From IMG/VR virus record IMGVR_UViG_3300030708_002846, positions 1-61,525 of that record: a DNA stretch of 61,525 nt, one strand, 5' to 3'. The notes beneath the pieces are model-generated. The model had not been told where the DNA came from and did no database searches. It saw only the letters and a list, made by a program, of their open reading frames with translations. The position numbers and the translations under genes are program-made. The stretch comes from a virus. Lineage: Duplodnaviria > Caudoviricetes. Every line of letters begins with the position of its first letter. Positions within the stretch are counted from its first letter, which is position 1. This document shows positions 11,201 to 20,735 of the stretch, piece by piece.

Positions 11201-11361
11201 GCAGCATTTTGCTCAGCAGCTACTTCGTTGATACCCCCATACCCTTTGAGTTGACCTGATTTTAATAATGCGTCTACCGCAAACTTTTGATCATCGTTTA
11301 GAGTTCTTACATCGAGGGCTTTGTTATCTAAAGCCTCTTGTATTTGTTTTACAGAAGCCAT
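8239..11361 (-). CDS. large internal virion (ejection) protein
   Basis: 1040 aa, helical Ala/Gly-rich composition, at end of the structural operon. Confidence 0.6.
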   Translation of the reverse strand: MASVKQIQEALDNKALDVRTLNDDQKFAVDALLKSGQLKGYGGINEVAAEQNAAMEILAAQKQKKLQPFETATGIGRADLELVGDVTGSIIPYIKNRDMLVKSLIANNAKAEFGVDQRTIISPEKINQFQKQLMKLPMVRGSKLLKGLASTAGKMADFVRQGPGKIRMKGPTPFLYTEALSQFGGSVGAGVGSLTFDAANLMTDFAATTSEDLANVSEDDIRALPVGERSLVHAADAMKNALYFNFGAFALAPMLSLMTKGYRSAIGLEGDRAYDLAKKAREQSIPINTQALIDENVGFVAKGLKDAGKTITIFPAVGGPQKAARAAIEKETYGRMIDILDSSVPYADAQILSYGAINQVKKNFREWNNIIDQQYLGVMRTAENIGGGNIPFIKMDNLLKEAKAIKQYYSEVSDPVVKRIEDPKIRQELDVTMDPLLKYLDAIQNTFEYNVSGVTGKQYVDFHRQMKEAISLTNFKNPLGIAGRLDSAMKKDFNALANPENIDDLLKNERVKEAFDQQVKDFGPDAGNKFLQDLVGDVKMLEADLLKANEIFTRSVRTFKSEGSALKGTAIFNKFDSNIFTQKGLLNIAGRQNLDPDKLWSDGLLNVFKNGSDSSITNVRKLLGVDRGGQTGKTGRAIFDRFRQIYFFDAFNDAYMMKPKLNDVPLFNKLETIRDKGFMHNKFLHNVNEEILSDELTKRGLKVDEVMEAGVADIPFDQLRLKTDEVAQFDPARFRKNLGLVGTTSEVATARNRLISMYGGGAEGSKAVRQIEDILEVMEGQYSYDLGDASTYLKRRFQMGGLGSVMGGILPMSGTIAAGAGVATVGLLPTVSFILLGRYAGKILADPKRVKQFYDLVFDPMKRMDQLAGTGEFKSYVSQPMTKAQSKSFADLYNYVLDEEKDAPRVDPQKINFNEISQYLLSLPTKVPQDNFSIEGIADDIKNRMYPELKQIKNSSTEVINNAENFFKGNEIAANTNDAINQIDNEAIALGKSAESNQSGVAPITPIQPIQPVSANRAKTFAALNPNDTLGQLIAENPNV

Positions 11362-13472
11362 TATTTTGTTCCTATATTAATAGTTTCTAATATTGCATTT
11401 ATATTATCTTGCGCTTTCTTAGAATCTTTTTTAAATGTGTAGTCTTGAACTAGAGGCATATTAGTTAAACCTTCAACAAACTTATTACTTCCACCTGCGT
11501 TTTGATAACTGTTTAATGTTTCAGCAAATTTTTCATTTAAGTCATTCATGATTGCAACATAGTTACCTTTAATTTTTCTTGGTGAATCTAGTGTAAATAT
11601 TTTAGTTAGCTCACCAGCGGCATCGATATCTCTTTGTGTTAAACGGTCTTCTTGTTTATTTGCGTTTGCAAGTAAGTATTTTAATCTAACTTCAATTAAT
11701 TTTGCTTTTGTAATTTTTGCTAGTTCTTCGTCATTTGGTCTAAGTATATTAAACCTTTTTCTATCCATCAGAGTATACTCTCTAGCTTCTTCTAAATCTT
11801 TTCTTAAATTTTCTTGTATTAATGTTTTTTCATCTTCTTTCGCATTACTTGTAACTAATGTTTGAATATAAGCGTCTGGGTTTGAACCTGCTTCACCTGT
11901 AATTATTGCATCAGCAGCACCGATAACTGATTCAGCTCCAGATGTGAAGAGACCTCTAGGACCTATTAGATTTTCAGGTAAGTCATTTACAAATTTAGCC
12001 ATACCGTAACCTAAATTTTGTCCTGATAATTGTGTTCTAAGTTTTCTTAAACTTGCATTATCTCCAGCTTTACCAACATTTACTGCACCCTCTAAATCCA
12101 AATTATTTGCTAACACCCAAGTAAAAGTGCCGTCACCATTATCTTTTTTTACAGCTTCATAACCTTTGTAAGGGCCACTATCAAAATTTTTAACATCAAT
12201 TACTTTTTGACCACCAATTGCTTCGGGATCTTGTACTAAAAATCTATTTGTTGCTGCAGTAACTTGAAATTGGTTTGTTCCATCTTTTTTAGCTTTTAAA
12301 TAGGCAACAGCTAAATCATTTTTTCTATCTTTTTCTTTTGCTTTAAGAGCTATAGCAGTATCAACTGTTTCGCCTACCGCTTGTCCTGTAACATCTAATA
12401 AACCTCTCACTCCCTTTTCACCTGTTTTTTTGGTTACTAAACCTGAAGCTAACTTAAGTAAAATTAAATTGTTTGTATCATCTTTAGTGCCTGTTAAATC
12501 TTCTAATTCTTTTGAAAATTTTTGAAACTCTAATGTTTGTTTAGATAATTTTTTACCTGATTCTTCTTTGTTACTTGTTCTTACAATTTCTTCTTCAACT
12601 TCTTCTGCTGAAGCATCTCCAGATGGTGCAGTTACTTTTTGTGTTTTTTGTATCTGTGGAATTAAATTTGAAGGATCAGCACTTGTAAGTTTTTCATCTG
12701 TTTGTGCAGCTACTAATCGATCTTTTACTGCTTGTTTCTGAGCATCAGTTAATTTTACATTGTTATCTTTTTCGTATTGTTTAATTTGTATATCGATTGG
12801 ATCTCCCAAAACTTGATTTTTACCTGCAGTATCAGGTTGTGCAAACACAGCTCCTGTACCAAGAAGTGTACCACCAGCAATCATTGGACCATAACCTTTA
12901 GGTGTTAATTTTTTTATACCTTTACCTGTATCCCTCATTGCTTCTTTTACTTTACCAATCTTTCCTGTTCTTTTTCCCATTCCAGCCATTCTTAACGCTC
13001 TTCCCATTAAAGGTGCTGAAAGTAAAAGACCTCCTAAACCACCTGCAACTTGCCCGTAATCACCTCTCATTACTCCTGATCCTATTTCGTTGACACTACC
13101 TGCTGCGATTGGTGCAGTTAGGGCTAACTCAGCACCTGTGACTGCTCCTCTTGGTATTCTACCTGCTTTTATAGCTCTAGATTCTATTCCACCCAAGCCT
13201 GACGTTTTCAGACCTCTTTGTTCTCCCATTATTCTTGTGGCTAAATTAGGTTGATTACCACCTGTCATAAATCCAGAAGAAGGTTTTGGTGCAGCTCTTG
13301 CCGCTTTAAAAGCTCTGTAACCTCTTTGAACTGCAGGTCCTACTCTACTTAAAACATTAAAAGCTGTTCCTATACCACCTAAAAAGTGACCTGGAATATT
13401 ACCTGTTTGTATTTGTTTAAAATGTCTAGCTCTGTTAGCAAACAGTTTTCTTTTTAGAACTGGATCATTCAT
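11361..13472 (-). CDS. internal virion (ejection) protein
   Basis: 703 aa; Gly-rich hydrophobic segments; synteny with podovirus ejection genes. Confidence 0.6.
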   Translation of the reverse strand: MNDPVLKRKLFANRARHFKQIQTGNIPGHFLGGIGTAFNVLSRVGPAVQRGYRAFKAARAAPKPSSGFMTGGNQPNLATRIMGEQRGLKTSGLGGIESRAIKAGRIPRGAVTGAELALTAPIAAGSVNEIGSGVMRGDYGQVAGGLGGLLLSAPLMGRALRMAGMGKRTGKIGKVKEAMRDTGKGIKKLTPKGYGPMIAGGTLLGTGAVFAQPDTAGKNQVLGDPIDIQIKQYEKDNNVKLTDAQKQAVKDRLVAAQTDEKLTSADPSNLIPQIQKTQKVTAPSGDASAEEVEEEIVRTSNKEESGKKLSKQTLEFQKFSKELEDLTGTKDDTNNLILLKLASGLVTKKTGEKGVRGLLDVTGQAVGETVDTAIALKAKEKDRKNDLAVAYLKAKKDGTNQFQVTAATNRFLVQDPEAIGGQKVIDVKNFDSGPYKGYEAVKKDNGDGTFTWVLANNLDLEGAVNVGKAGDNASLRKLRTQLSGQNLGYGMAKFVNDLPENLIGPRGLFTSGAESVIGAADAIITGEAGSNPDAYIQTLVTSNAKEDEKTLIQENLRKDLEEAREYTLMDRKRFNILRPNDEELAKITKAKLIEVRLKYLLANANKQEDRLTQRDIDAAGELTKIFTLDSPRKIKGNYVAIMNDLNEKFAETLNSYQNAGGSNKFVEGLTNMPLVQDYTFKKDSKKAQDNINAILETINIGTK

Positions 13473-14320
13473 TATCTTCCTCTTCCCATCATGTTGTAAG
13501 CAGCATATGCTCCTATCCCTGATCCTGCCGCTTGTGCTAACGGGTTAGTGCCTGGGGCCGTGGTTGCTGTTACAGCAGACTGGGTAGTAGGTAAATTTGT
13601 CATGATACCTTTTAAAAATTCTAATCTTTGATAAGGCTCATATGATCTTGCTAATTGAGTTTGTCTTGATGCATCTAATGCCTGTTGTCCTAATTGTCTT
13701 TGGACACCTCCTGCTTGCAATAAACTTTGAATGTCTGCTTGTTGCATTGCTTGTTGTTGTCCACCTAAAGCACCTAATAACTGTCCAGCAGATTGTTGTA
13801 TGCCTTGTTGTTGAGCAGCTAATTGTGCAGCATTTTGAAATCCTGCAGCTAAAGATTGTCCAATATTCGATTGTGTAGCTCTTTGTAACTCAGCTTGTTG
13901 AATACCTTCTCTGCCTCCACCAAAAGCTCCTGCTTGAACTGCGTTTGCTGCAAGTTGATTTTGTGCCATCTGACCTTGTCTTGCTATCTCATCAGTTACA
14001 TAAGATTGATAAGGATTTAAAAACTGACTTATGTTCGGGCCTTGTAGAGAACCAAGAACAGAACCTATACCTGCTGCAGTTGGAACGGCACCTACGCCTG
14101 TAGTCCCTGCTTGAGTAAATCCTGCTTGTTCTAATCCACTAGGACCTGCAACTTGAAATGCAGGAATATTTACAGGGTTAGTAGCAAGTTTAGCTGCTTG
14201 ATCGTATAGGGCTAGTTTTCGGCTTTCTACTTCTGGTGCTTCTCTAGCTATCGATACTTGAGTGCCTGAAGTGGAGCCGCCTCCTCCTCCGCCACCCCCG
14301 CCTCCGAAGATGAAACTCAT
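13472..14320 (-). CDS. DNA-ejection/pilot-like virion protein
   Basis: Gln/Ala/Gly-rich; NPY and GAFGGGREG motifs; N-terminal poly-Gly. Confidence 0.65.
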   Translation of the reverse strand: MSFIFGGGGGGGGGGSTSGTQVSIAREAPEVESRKLALYDQAAKLATNPVNIPAFQVAGPSGLEQAGFTQAGTTGVGAVPTAAGIGSVLGSLQGPNISQFLNPYQSYVTDEIARQGQMAQNQLAANAVQAGAFGGGREGIQQAELQRATQSNIGQSLAAGFQNAAQLAAQQQGIQQSAGQLLGALGGQQQAMQQADIQSLLQAGGVQRQLGQQALDASRQTQLARSYEPYQRLEFLKGIMTNLPTTQSAVTATTAPGTNPLAQAAGSGIGAYAAYNMMGRGR

Positions 14321-14321
14321 T

Positions 14322-14783
14322 TTATTTTAACTCCTTTGTATATAAATATCTTTTTACTTCCCATTGTTTACTCTTTAAAAAATTTTTCCAACCAGGACGA
14401 GCATGAACAGCAATTTTTTGACAATCCTCTTGTATCGCTAAATTTTCTATTGCATCCGCTGCTTCGTCTTGCCATAATTCTCTTTTTTCTCCTTTTAACA
14501 ATATGACTTCACATTGTTTATAGTTTGGTAACTCCATTATTCTAGTGACAAATACACCAAACACTTTGTACTTTTCACCATCGTCAGATCCAAACATCAT
14601 AAATAGTTGATAGGATCTGTCTAAAAGACCTGCTTTGAGATCTTCTATGTTCATAGGGTAGCCATCAAACTTCAAGCCTTCCCTAAGCATGAAATCAACT
14701 AGATTCCAATACTCATTTACCTTTTTACTATCAATGTATAATACATTGACTTCCTTTTTAATTCTTTTCTTTTCTGGCAGCAT
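14322..14783 (-). CDS. GNAT-like protein preceding ejection genes
   Basis: 153 aa; ARPGWK motif; position typical of podovirus acetyltransferase-like genes. Confidence 0.45.
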   Translation of the reverse strand: MLPEKKRIKKEVNVLYIDSKKVNEYWNLVDFMLREGLKFDGYPMNIEDLKAGLLDRSYQLFMMFGSDDGEKYKVFGVFVTRIMELPNYKQCEVILLKGEKRELWQDEAADAIENLAIQEDCQKIAVHARPGWKNFLKSKQWEVKRYLYTKELK

Positions 14784-15714
14784 CTAATAAATCAAAAATT
14801 CTTTTAAATTTTGCTTGTTGACTATAAAAGAAGGCTGCACCCTTTTTTCTCATATCTTTCATATCACTTGGGTTTCCTCCTTCTAATATACCTGCCCCTA
14901 GAATTGCATCAGCTCTTGATACAAACTCTCCGTCAGCAAGTTGTGCAAGCATAGTATCTTCATCTTTATCTCCAGCACCAGCTCCATCTTCTACGTATCC
15001 TGAAGCTCTTACATAATTGTTAACATCATGTTCATCATGATCAGCTTTAGATGGTAAATAGTTTATGCCACCTGTATTATAAGTAGGTAAAGCATTTACA
15101 ATTCCTCCTTTATTAAAAGTGTAAGGTGTATCTTGAGATGTATAATCATAAATGTTTGATTGAGGCTGGACATCCGTGCCATAATCATACCCTTCAGTTA
15201 TACCCTCTAATTCTTTTTTATTTTTTTCATAAGCTTTTTTATAATCTTCATCGGTAAAAGGTGGTTTAACATCATCTTCATCTTCCAGTAATGAAGTTGC
15301 AGCTAATGTTAATCCTATTTTTTCTCCTGTACCTAATCCCATAAATCCTGAACCTTTAGCTGCTGCTTCAGCAGCTTTTCCTTCTAATCCAGCTGCTTTT
15401 ATTTGATCAGCTGTCATAGCTTTTTCTCCAATTAATCTTTTAACACCGCCCATTGATTCTCCTGGTGCTATTTGAACTTGTTTTCCAAATGAGGGTACAG
15501 GTCCCATAGCTCCTGCTGCAGGTCCCCCAACAAATCGTCCTGTCATACCAGGTAGTGATGTCGAACCAAAAGCTCTAAAAGGACCAAAGCCTGCCATACC
15601 TGCAAACTGTCCTATGCCACCCATTAGGGCAGCATCTTTTAATGCTGTTCTTGTTGATTTACCTCTAAGTTTTTGTACGCCAAAAGTGGCAAGGGCTATT
15701 GTAAATGGATCCAT
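14758..15714 (-). CDS. virion protein with GG...D..LA.L.DGEFV domain
   Basis: FNKGG, YNTGG and EDTMLAQLADGEFV resemble the motif in tape-measure/ejection proteins. Confidence 0.6.
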   Translation of the reverse strand: MDPFTIALATFGVQKLRGKSTRTALKDAALMGGIGQFAGMAGFGPFRAFGSTSLPGMTGRFVGGPAAGAMGPVPSFGKQVQIAPGESMGGVKRLIGEKAMTADQIKAAGLEGKAAEAAAKGSGFMGLGTGEKIGLTLAATSLLEDEDDVKPPFTDEDYKKAYEKNKKELEGITEGYDYGTDVQPQSNIYDYTSQDTPYTFNKGGIVNALPTYNTGGINYLPSKADHDEHDVNNYVRASGYVEDGAGAGDKDEDTMLAQLADGEFVSRADAILGAGILEGGNPSDMKDMRKKGAAFFYSQQAKFKRIFDLLDAARKEKN

Positions 15715-15774
15715 AATTAAAATAATAACATGTTAATTTTATTATTTTAACTGTTATAGAGCATTTAATCAATA

Positions 15775-16533
15775 TCAGCCTGTTTTTACGAATTCATTAA
15801 ACATCTTTCCTGAGTATTTAAACTCTCCAACATGCGCTATATCTTCGTCTATTAGAGCATGTATTTTACCTCCCATAGAGGTCCATAATTTACAGAAATA
15901 AAAGTCTTCTCCTGTATATGTTTTTGTTTTTGGGCTGTAATACGAATCGAAAAAATTAAAGTAAAACGGTCTTTCTGTCATCTCACCGTTGACCATGGTT
16001 TGTTGAATAATGTTTAATTGATTATATTCTTTCATTAATTTTTCAAAAGCAGATCTTTGAATCATCATCATACCAGTTGGTCCTTTAATTACCTCAACAA
16101 AACCATTTTTTGGTTCAATTTTATTTTCATTACCAAATGTAACAGGGTAAATTAAACCGTATGTATTTGAGTTATCATCAGGTCTTTTTTCTAAGTCTTT
16201 TCTAAACTTTGTTTCATGAATTGTTTTCATTGGATAAGGAATTAAAGAAACCTCATGTTCACACTTAAAAAGTCTAAGAGCAGATCTTGTTGTAAAATCA
16301 ATATCTGAATCTATAAACAGCATGTGTGTAGCATCAGATTGTAAGAAAGCTGATACACACAAGTTTCTTCCCTGTGTAACTAGACTAGACTTCATTAATT
16401 GAAACGTAACTTTTATCTTATTAAGTAAACATTCCTTTTGTAAATCAAGACAAGCTTTCATATAATGCATTGACACCTCTGAATGAATAGGTGTGCATAC
16501 CATTAAACTCTTTTTATTTGTTTCTGTAGACAC
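15775..16533 (-). CDS. GT-A fold glycosyltransferase-like protein
   Basis: LFIDSDI DxD motif; TGMMMI; GEDFYFC. Confidence 0.7.
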   Translation of the reverse strand: MSTETNKKSLMVCTPIHSEVSMHYMKACLDLQKECLLNKIKVTFQLMKSSLVTQGRNLCVSAFLQSDATHMLFIDSDIDFTTRSALRLFKCEHEVSLIPYPMKTIHETKFRKDLEKRPDDNSNTYGLIYPVTFGNENKIEPKNGFVEVIKGPTGMMMIQRSAFEKLMKEYNQLNIIQQTMVNGEMTERPFYFNFFDSYYSPKTKTYTGEDFYFCKLWTSMGGKIHALIDEDIAHVGEFKYSGKMFNEFVKTG

Positions 16534-17452
16534 TTAATGCTCCTTTTAAAAAATTAGTCCAAAAATTTCCTATTACTTTCCAATCATAAAACCTTTTATA
16601 ATAAGATTGTTGAAATTTAAGACCTTGTGAAATATCTTTTTTTAATATTTCTTTTGTTTCTATTATAGCTTCTGCTAGTTGTATCTTTAAATTTTTTTTA
16701 TTTGATGTGTAAGGTATGTATATTGGAAATTCTGCACATGTTTCTGGAAGAGCGCCAAGGTCAGTGGTTATTAGCATTTGACCTGCAGCTAAAGATTCCA
16801 TAGCAGATATACAAAAAGTTTCTTCCCATATACTTGGAAAACAATTTACTTGATAATCTTTTAACTTTCCTAATAATTGATCGTGAGGGCAGTAACCCAT
16901 ATAGTTTACATTTGATAAGCTTTTTGCTTTTTCATAAAGTTCTTTGTATGGCTCATCATTATTTTCAAAAAAAGTTTTTCCATAAATAATTGTAGATGAA
17001 TATACATCAAGAGATATATCAGGATCTTTTATCGCTTCCATTGCGTCTAAGGCAACTTCTAAACCTCTCCATGGTGTAGAAATGTAGCACATCTTCATTT
17101 TTGGTTGAGGGGTAAAATCAGTTTTTATTGCAAGTTCATCATAATCTATTCCATTTTTTATTACAGTACATTTATCTTCTGGTATTTTGAAAAAATACCT
17201 ATATTTCTCGTAACTCCAATGACTATTAAATACATACCAATCATACTTGTCATGATTTTTTTTATCTTTAAACCAGTTGTGTAAGTTAGGTTGATCATAA
17301 GAATTTTTTAACCAAAGAATATTTGGTTTTACAGGATGTAAAGGTTCTTTTTCAGGAACAGATGTTGTTATTTGAACAGCGTCTAATAAAGAATACTCAA
17401 CAAATTTTTTTAAATAATCAAATTGGATTTCAGTTCCACCGTATGGTTGCAT
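16514..17452 (-). CDS. GT-B (GT4-like) glycosyltransferase
   Basis: GGTE N-terminus; PSIWEETFCISAMESLAAG; GALPET. Confidence 0.85.
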   Translation of the reverse strand: MQPYGGTEIQFDYLKKFVEYSLLDAVQITTSVPEKEPLHPVKPNILWLKNSYDQPNLHNWFKDKKNHDKYDWYVFNSHWSYEKYRYFFKIPEDKCTVIKNGIDYDELAIKTDFTPQPKMKMCYISTPWRGLEVALDAMEAIKDPDISLDVYSSTIIYGKTFFENNDEPYKELYEKAKSLSNVNYMGYCPHDQLLGKLKDYQVNCFPSIWEETFCISAMESLAAGQMLITTDLGALPETCAEFPIYIPYTSNKKNLKIQLAEAIIETKEILKKDISQGLKFQQSYYKRFYDWKVIGNFWTNFLKGALSVYRNK

Positions 17453-17673
17453 TATTCGGTTTTACCAAAAACTTCTAAAGAATCAACTGTTATTTTTTGG
17501 TTGATTTGTAAATCATCATTAGTAGTGTCACTATTGGGATCAGCAACATCATTATCAAAATCAGCTTTACTAGCATATTTTTTTCCTGTTCTTTTATTTA
17601 ATACTTCTTCAGTTGCTGTGGCTTGGACTACAGGAACTTCTTGTCCACCAATGTTAACAGTTTTATTTGTCAT
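17452..17673 (-). CDS. hypothetical phage protein
   Basis: ORF with SD, translationally coupled to the GT gene. Confidence 0.65.
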   Translation of the reverse strand: MTNKTVNIGGQEVPVVQATATEEVLNKRTGKKYASKADFDNDVADPNSDTTNDDLQINQKITVDSLEVFGKTE

Positions 17674-17675
17674 TA

Positions 17676-17804
17676 CTACCTTCCTTGACGGTTGTAGCGC
17701 TTATAACATCTTTTTTTATGTTTGTTAAGTCTTTTTGTATGACGCCTTGGACGTTTTCTTGGCTTTGGTCTAGGTGTGAAATTAAGAAATTTTACCTTAG
17801 CCAT
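17676..17804 (-). CDS. 42-aa Arg/Lys-rich peptide; not in ORF track
   Basis: manual translation MAKVKFLNFTPRPKPRKRPRRHTKRLNKHKKRCYKRYNRQGR; fills the intergenic gap. Confidence 0.6.
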   Translation of the reverse strand: MAKVKFLNFTPRPKPRKRPRRHTKRLNKHKKRCYKRYNRQGR

Positions 17805-18147
17805 TTTCTTGTGATCTATCAATCAATGCATAACTTACAGCGCCCTGAATTTTATTACTTCCTGTAGCTGCTGTTACTGTTATGGCATCTCCCGATTCTA
17901 AATTTAAACCTTGAGGGGTGGCGTTGATTTGTGATTTAGCTGGAACATCATCCCTAAAAAATTCATATTCAGTGCTTGAAGCAGAAGAATCTACTAAATT
18001 CATGTTAACTAATATAGCTGATGAGGCATCATTATTTGCACAGTAAACACTTTTAATAATTATTGTTGCATCAGTCGGACATGTCAGCACCGTAGTTTTA
18101 CTTGTATCGGCTTGTTTGAAACCTTGATTTTTATATTGAATTGTCAT
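17797..18147 (-). CDS. putative tail/virion beta-rich protein
   Basis: 116 aa; LNLESGD motif shared with 25065..25430 (LYLEEGD). Confidence 0.6.
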   Translation of the reverse strand: MTIQYKNQGFKQADTSKTTVLTCPTDATIIIKSVYCANNDASSAILVNMNLVDSSASSTEYEFFRDDVPAKSQINATPQGLNLESGDAITVTAATGSNKIQGAVSYALIDRSQENG

Positions 18148-18308
18148 GATAAGAAATAATTAAACGCTTCTTGTTCATCTTTCAAGTCTTTTTGATATGA
18201 AAAATTTAATTGTTGTTTTATTACGTCAACTGATTCTAATATTTGTCTTTGATTAGAAACATCATATTGTTCTTTTGGTTCTGGTATGTATGCTGTTATT
18301 TTTGCCAT
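18144..18308 (-). CDS. 54-aa hypothetical virion-module protein; not in ORF track
   Basis: manual translation MAKITAYIPEPKEQYDVSNQRQILES...; ATGA overlap with next gene. Confidence 0.65.
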   Translation of the reverse strand: MAKITAYIPEPKEQYDVSNQRQILESVDVIKQQLNFSYQKDLKDEQEAFNYFLS

Positions 18309-18808
18309 TTAATATTACCACTTACTATTAGTCTAACATTATCTTTATTTGGGTCAACCGAGTGAGGTAAAAAACAAGGAAACAGTGTGCACAATCCTAT
18401 CTCAGGTTTAATTTTTTTTGCATAATAACTTAAATAAGGATAACCTGGATTATATAAATTTAAGTGAGAAGAATCTTCGGTACAATCAATAATATATGAA
18501 AAAGAATAGAAATCTTTAATTGATTCGTGAGTATGCAGATCGTGAAAATGACCCTTCTCATAATGTTGTATCCAAGCTTTTACTAAACCATATTTCTTAT
18601 AACCTAGATAAATACCTACTTCTTTGAAAAAAGGATCAAGCTGTTTAAGCGTAAGATCTAACAGCTCTTTATTGGGTTTGTCATAATCATAATTATTGTT
18701 TTGTGCCTCATAATTATTAAGCTTTTGGTTTTTTACAAATTCTAAATAGTCTTTTGAAAAAGGTATTATCTTTTTGAAATACTCAATAGAGATATCTTTT
18801 ACTTGCAT
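18296..18808 (-). CDS. 2OG-Fe(II) oxygenase (HxH type)
   Basis: HTH...FPCFLPHSV...RLIVSGN. Confidence 0.8.
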   Translation of the reverse strand: MQVKDISIEYFKKIIPFSKDYLEFVKNQKLNNYEAQNNNYDYDKPNKELLDLTLKQLDPFFKEVGIYLGYKKYGLVKAWIQHYEKGHFHDLHTHESIKDFYSFSYIIDCTEDSSHLNLYNPGYPYLSYYAKKIKPEIGLCTLFPCFLPHSVDPNKDNVRLIVSGNIKWQK

Positions 18809-20727
18809 TATCTACGTCCGTCAGGCTGAATGTCGAATCTAAATAACCCTAATCTCCAATTTTGATCTACAGCGTCATTTTCAATCTTAACACTAGCTAA
18901 TCTTGACCTTGCACGTGTATGAATTTGTTTTGTTGTTGGTGTTACTGTAAACGGACCTAAAGGTGAAGATGCTTGTGTATCATTCGGAAAAGCTCTTAAA
19001 TTTAAAGTTACCTTTGCTTGACCCGATAGAATACCGAAGTCAGGAATAAATCTTCTTATCTTAATAAAATACTCACCGTTTCCTTCAACGTCTAATTCAA
19101 AATCTCCTGATTGTATAAATGCTTGTATTGCAGTAGTAGTTCCATTAGCATCAACTTCGTTTAAACCACTTTCATGTTCATACAATCTACTGGCGCCTTG
19201 GTTCGTGATCCCTTGTACAGTAGGAAAAGTCCCTGTTCCTGTTGTGTAAAATCTTGTTGCATAAGGTAACGGAAATACACCTTGATCAAAATAAGTTGTT
19301 CTAGCTAAAGTTCCTACAGTCCATACATTCTCGTCATAATTATAAGTAACTACTCTATCTATATTATTTGATCCTGCTTTAGGATAAAACCAATTTATTT
19401 CACTAAACAAACTATTATGTGAAGCAAATGTTATTTTACCTGCAGAAAAATTTAATCCTAAATTAGTTCCATTTGATGTAAAAACAAAATCTTCTACTAA
19501 ACATGGTAAAGCTTTTACAGTACCATCAAAAACAAAAAAGCCACCCTCATCACTTATCCAATATACAGCTCCGTTGACGTACACTGCAGCATTCGGACCC
19601 AAACAACCACAGTTAGTCCCAACTTGTTTTATACTAAATGTAAAAGGCGGCCCTACAAATTGCATAATATAGGCGGCTGTATCTGTAAGAATAAAAATGT
19701 AATCTTTACCTTTTACCGCTGCAATAATTTCACTTCCACTATCTAATCTAAAAGTTCCAGCAGTGTTAGTAGAAGTAGGTGCGTAAGTGTTTAAATCTTC
19801 TTGGTCAGAGAATCTTATAAACATTTTATCTTGTGTCGAAGTTGTTCCAATTGTAGTTTCTGTTCCTAAATGAACTAGGTGCCTATCTCTGTCAGAAACA
19901 ATGGTAGCCACACTTTTTGTAGGGTTACCAGATAAAGCTACCGCTCTTGTAACAAGAGCATTTGTATCTGCTGCAACAGGATTCCAAGAAAAACTTGGGC
20001 CGTTATGAACAGTGGCTATTAGTGTTTGACCATAATTATCTAATGACCACAGGCCTGGATCAAGAATTAAGTTAGAAGATGTTCTTGATGTGCCCCATGT
20101 AGATAGACCCCAAGTACCAGTACCAAAACCATAAGCAGGCTGTTGAATGTAGTTACCTATATCAATGTATGGTGTAAGTGTTAAAGATCCATTATTTGTA
20201 ACGGATCCTGTCGATTCGTTTGATGGCATTTGAATAGTAAAAGTAGTTGGTGACGGAACCGTCAAAACCTCAAAGAGATTATCGGTAAAATTAGCAGATG
20301 TAAAACTAGTTCCTGATAATCCTGTAGCAGCAGAAAATGCTACAAGTTCTGTAATTTGTAAATTATGATCAGCTGGTGTAGTGATAGTCACTATGTTACT
20401 ACCATTAGTAGTGGTGATGTCACAGTTCGCTTGTGTTCTAACTGAATCTAACGGAGTTATATCATAAAATATTTCATCATAATAAATAGCTAAAATTCTA
20501 TTTGTTCCAATTGCAGAGTACCTTCTACCATCTAAATCAAACCAATTGTGCATTTGCCTAGCAACACCTACTAAATCATTTGCATTTAATTGATTCCATC
20601 CTCCTATTTTTTCAGGCATGCCGTATCTAAAACGCACGTTATCACCATCAATCCAAACATTTTGAGCCTGGGTTGCTGTGATTTGTTTGTTAAAACCTGC
20701 TGCGAATGGTACTTTAGCTAATGGCAT
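18808..20727 (-). CDS. tail nozzle / stabilisation protein (tail tubular B-like)
   Basis: 639 aa beta-rich; NVRFRYG.PEKIGGW, IRFSDQED, C-terminal QPDGRR. Confidence 0.65.
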   Translation of the reverse strand: MPLAKVPFAAGFNKQITATQAQNVWIDGDNVRFRYGMPEKIGGWNQLNANDLVGVARQMHNWFDLDGRRYSAIGTNRILAIYYDEIFYDITPLDSVRTQANCDITTTNGSNIVTITTPADHNLQITELVAFSAATGLSGTSFTSANFTDNLFEVLTVPSPTTFTIQMPSNESTGSVTNNGSLTLTPYIDIGNYIQQPAYGFGTGTWGLSTWGTSRTSSNLILDPGLWSLDNYGQTLIATVHNGPSFSWNPVAADTNALVTRAVALSGNPTKSVATIVSDRDRHLVHLGTETTIGTTSTQDKMFIRFSDQEDLNTYAPTSTNTAGTFRLDSGSEIIAAVKGKDYIFILTDTAAYIMQFVGPPFTFSIKQVGTNCGCLGPNAAVYVNGAVYWISDEGGFFVFDGTVKALPCLVEDFVFTSNGTNLGLNFSAGKITFASHNSLFSEINWFYPKAGSNNIDRVVTYNYDENVWTVGTLARTTYFDQGVFPLPYATRFYTTGTGTFPTVQGITNQGASRLYEHESGLNEVDANGTTTAIQAFIQSGDFELDVEGNGEYFIKIRRFIPDFGILSGQAKVTLNLRAFPNDTQASSPLGPFTVTPTTKQIHTRARSRLASVKIENDAVDQNWRLGLFRFDIQPDGRR

Positions 20728-20735
20728 ATGGCTTA

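Noticed and set aside
14270-14305. Poly-Gly tract as a phase-variable microsatellite
   Set aside because: The Gly codons are mixed (GGA/GGC/GGG/GGT), which indicates selection on the protein rather than slippage.
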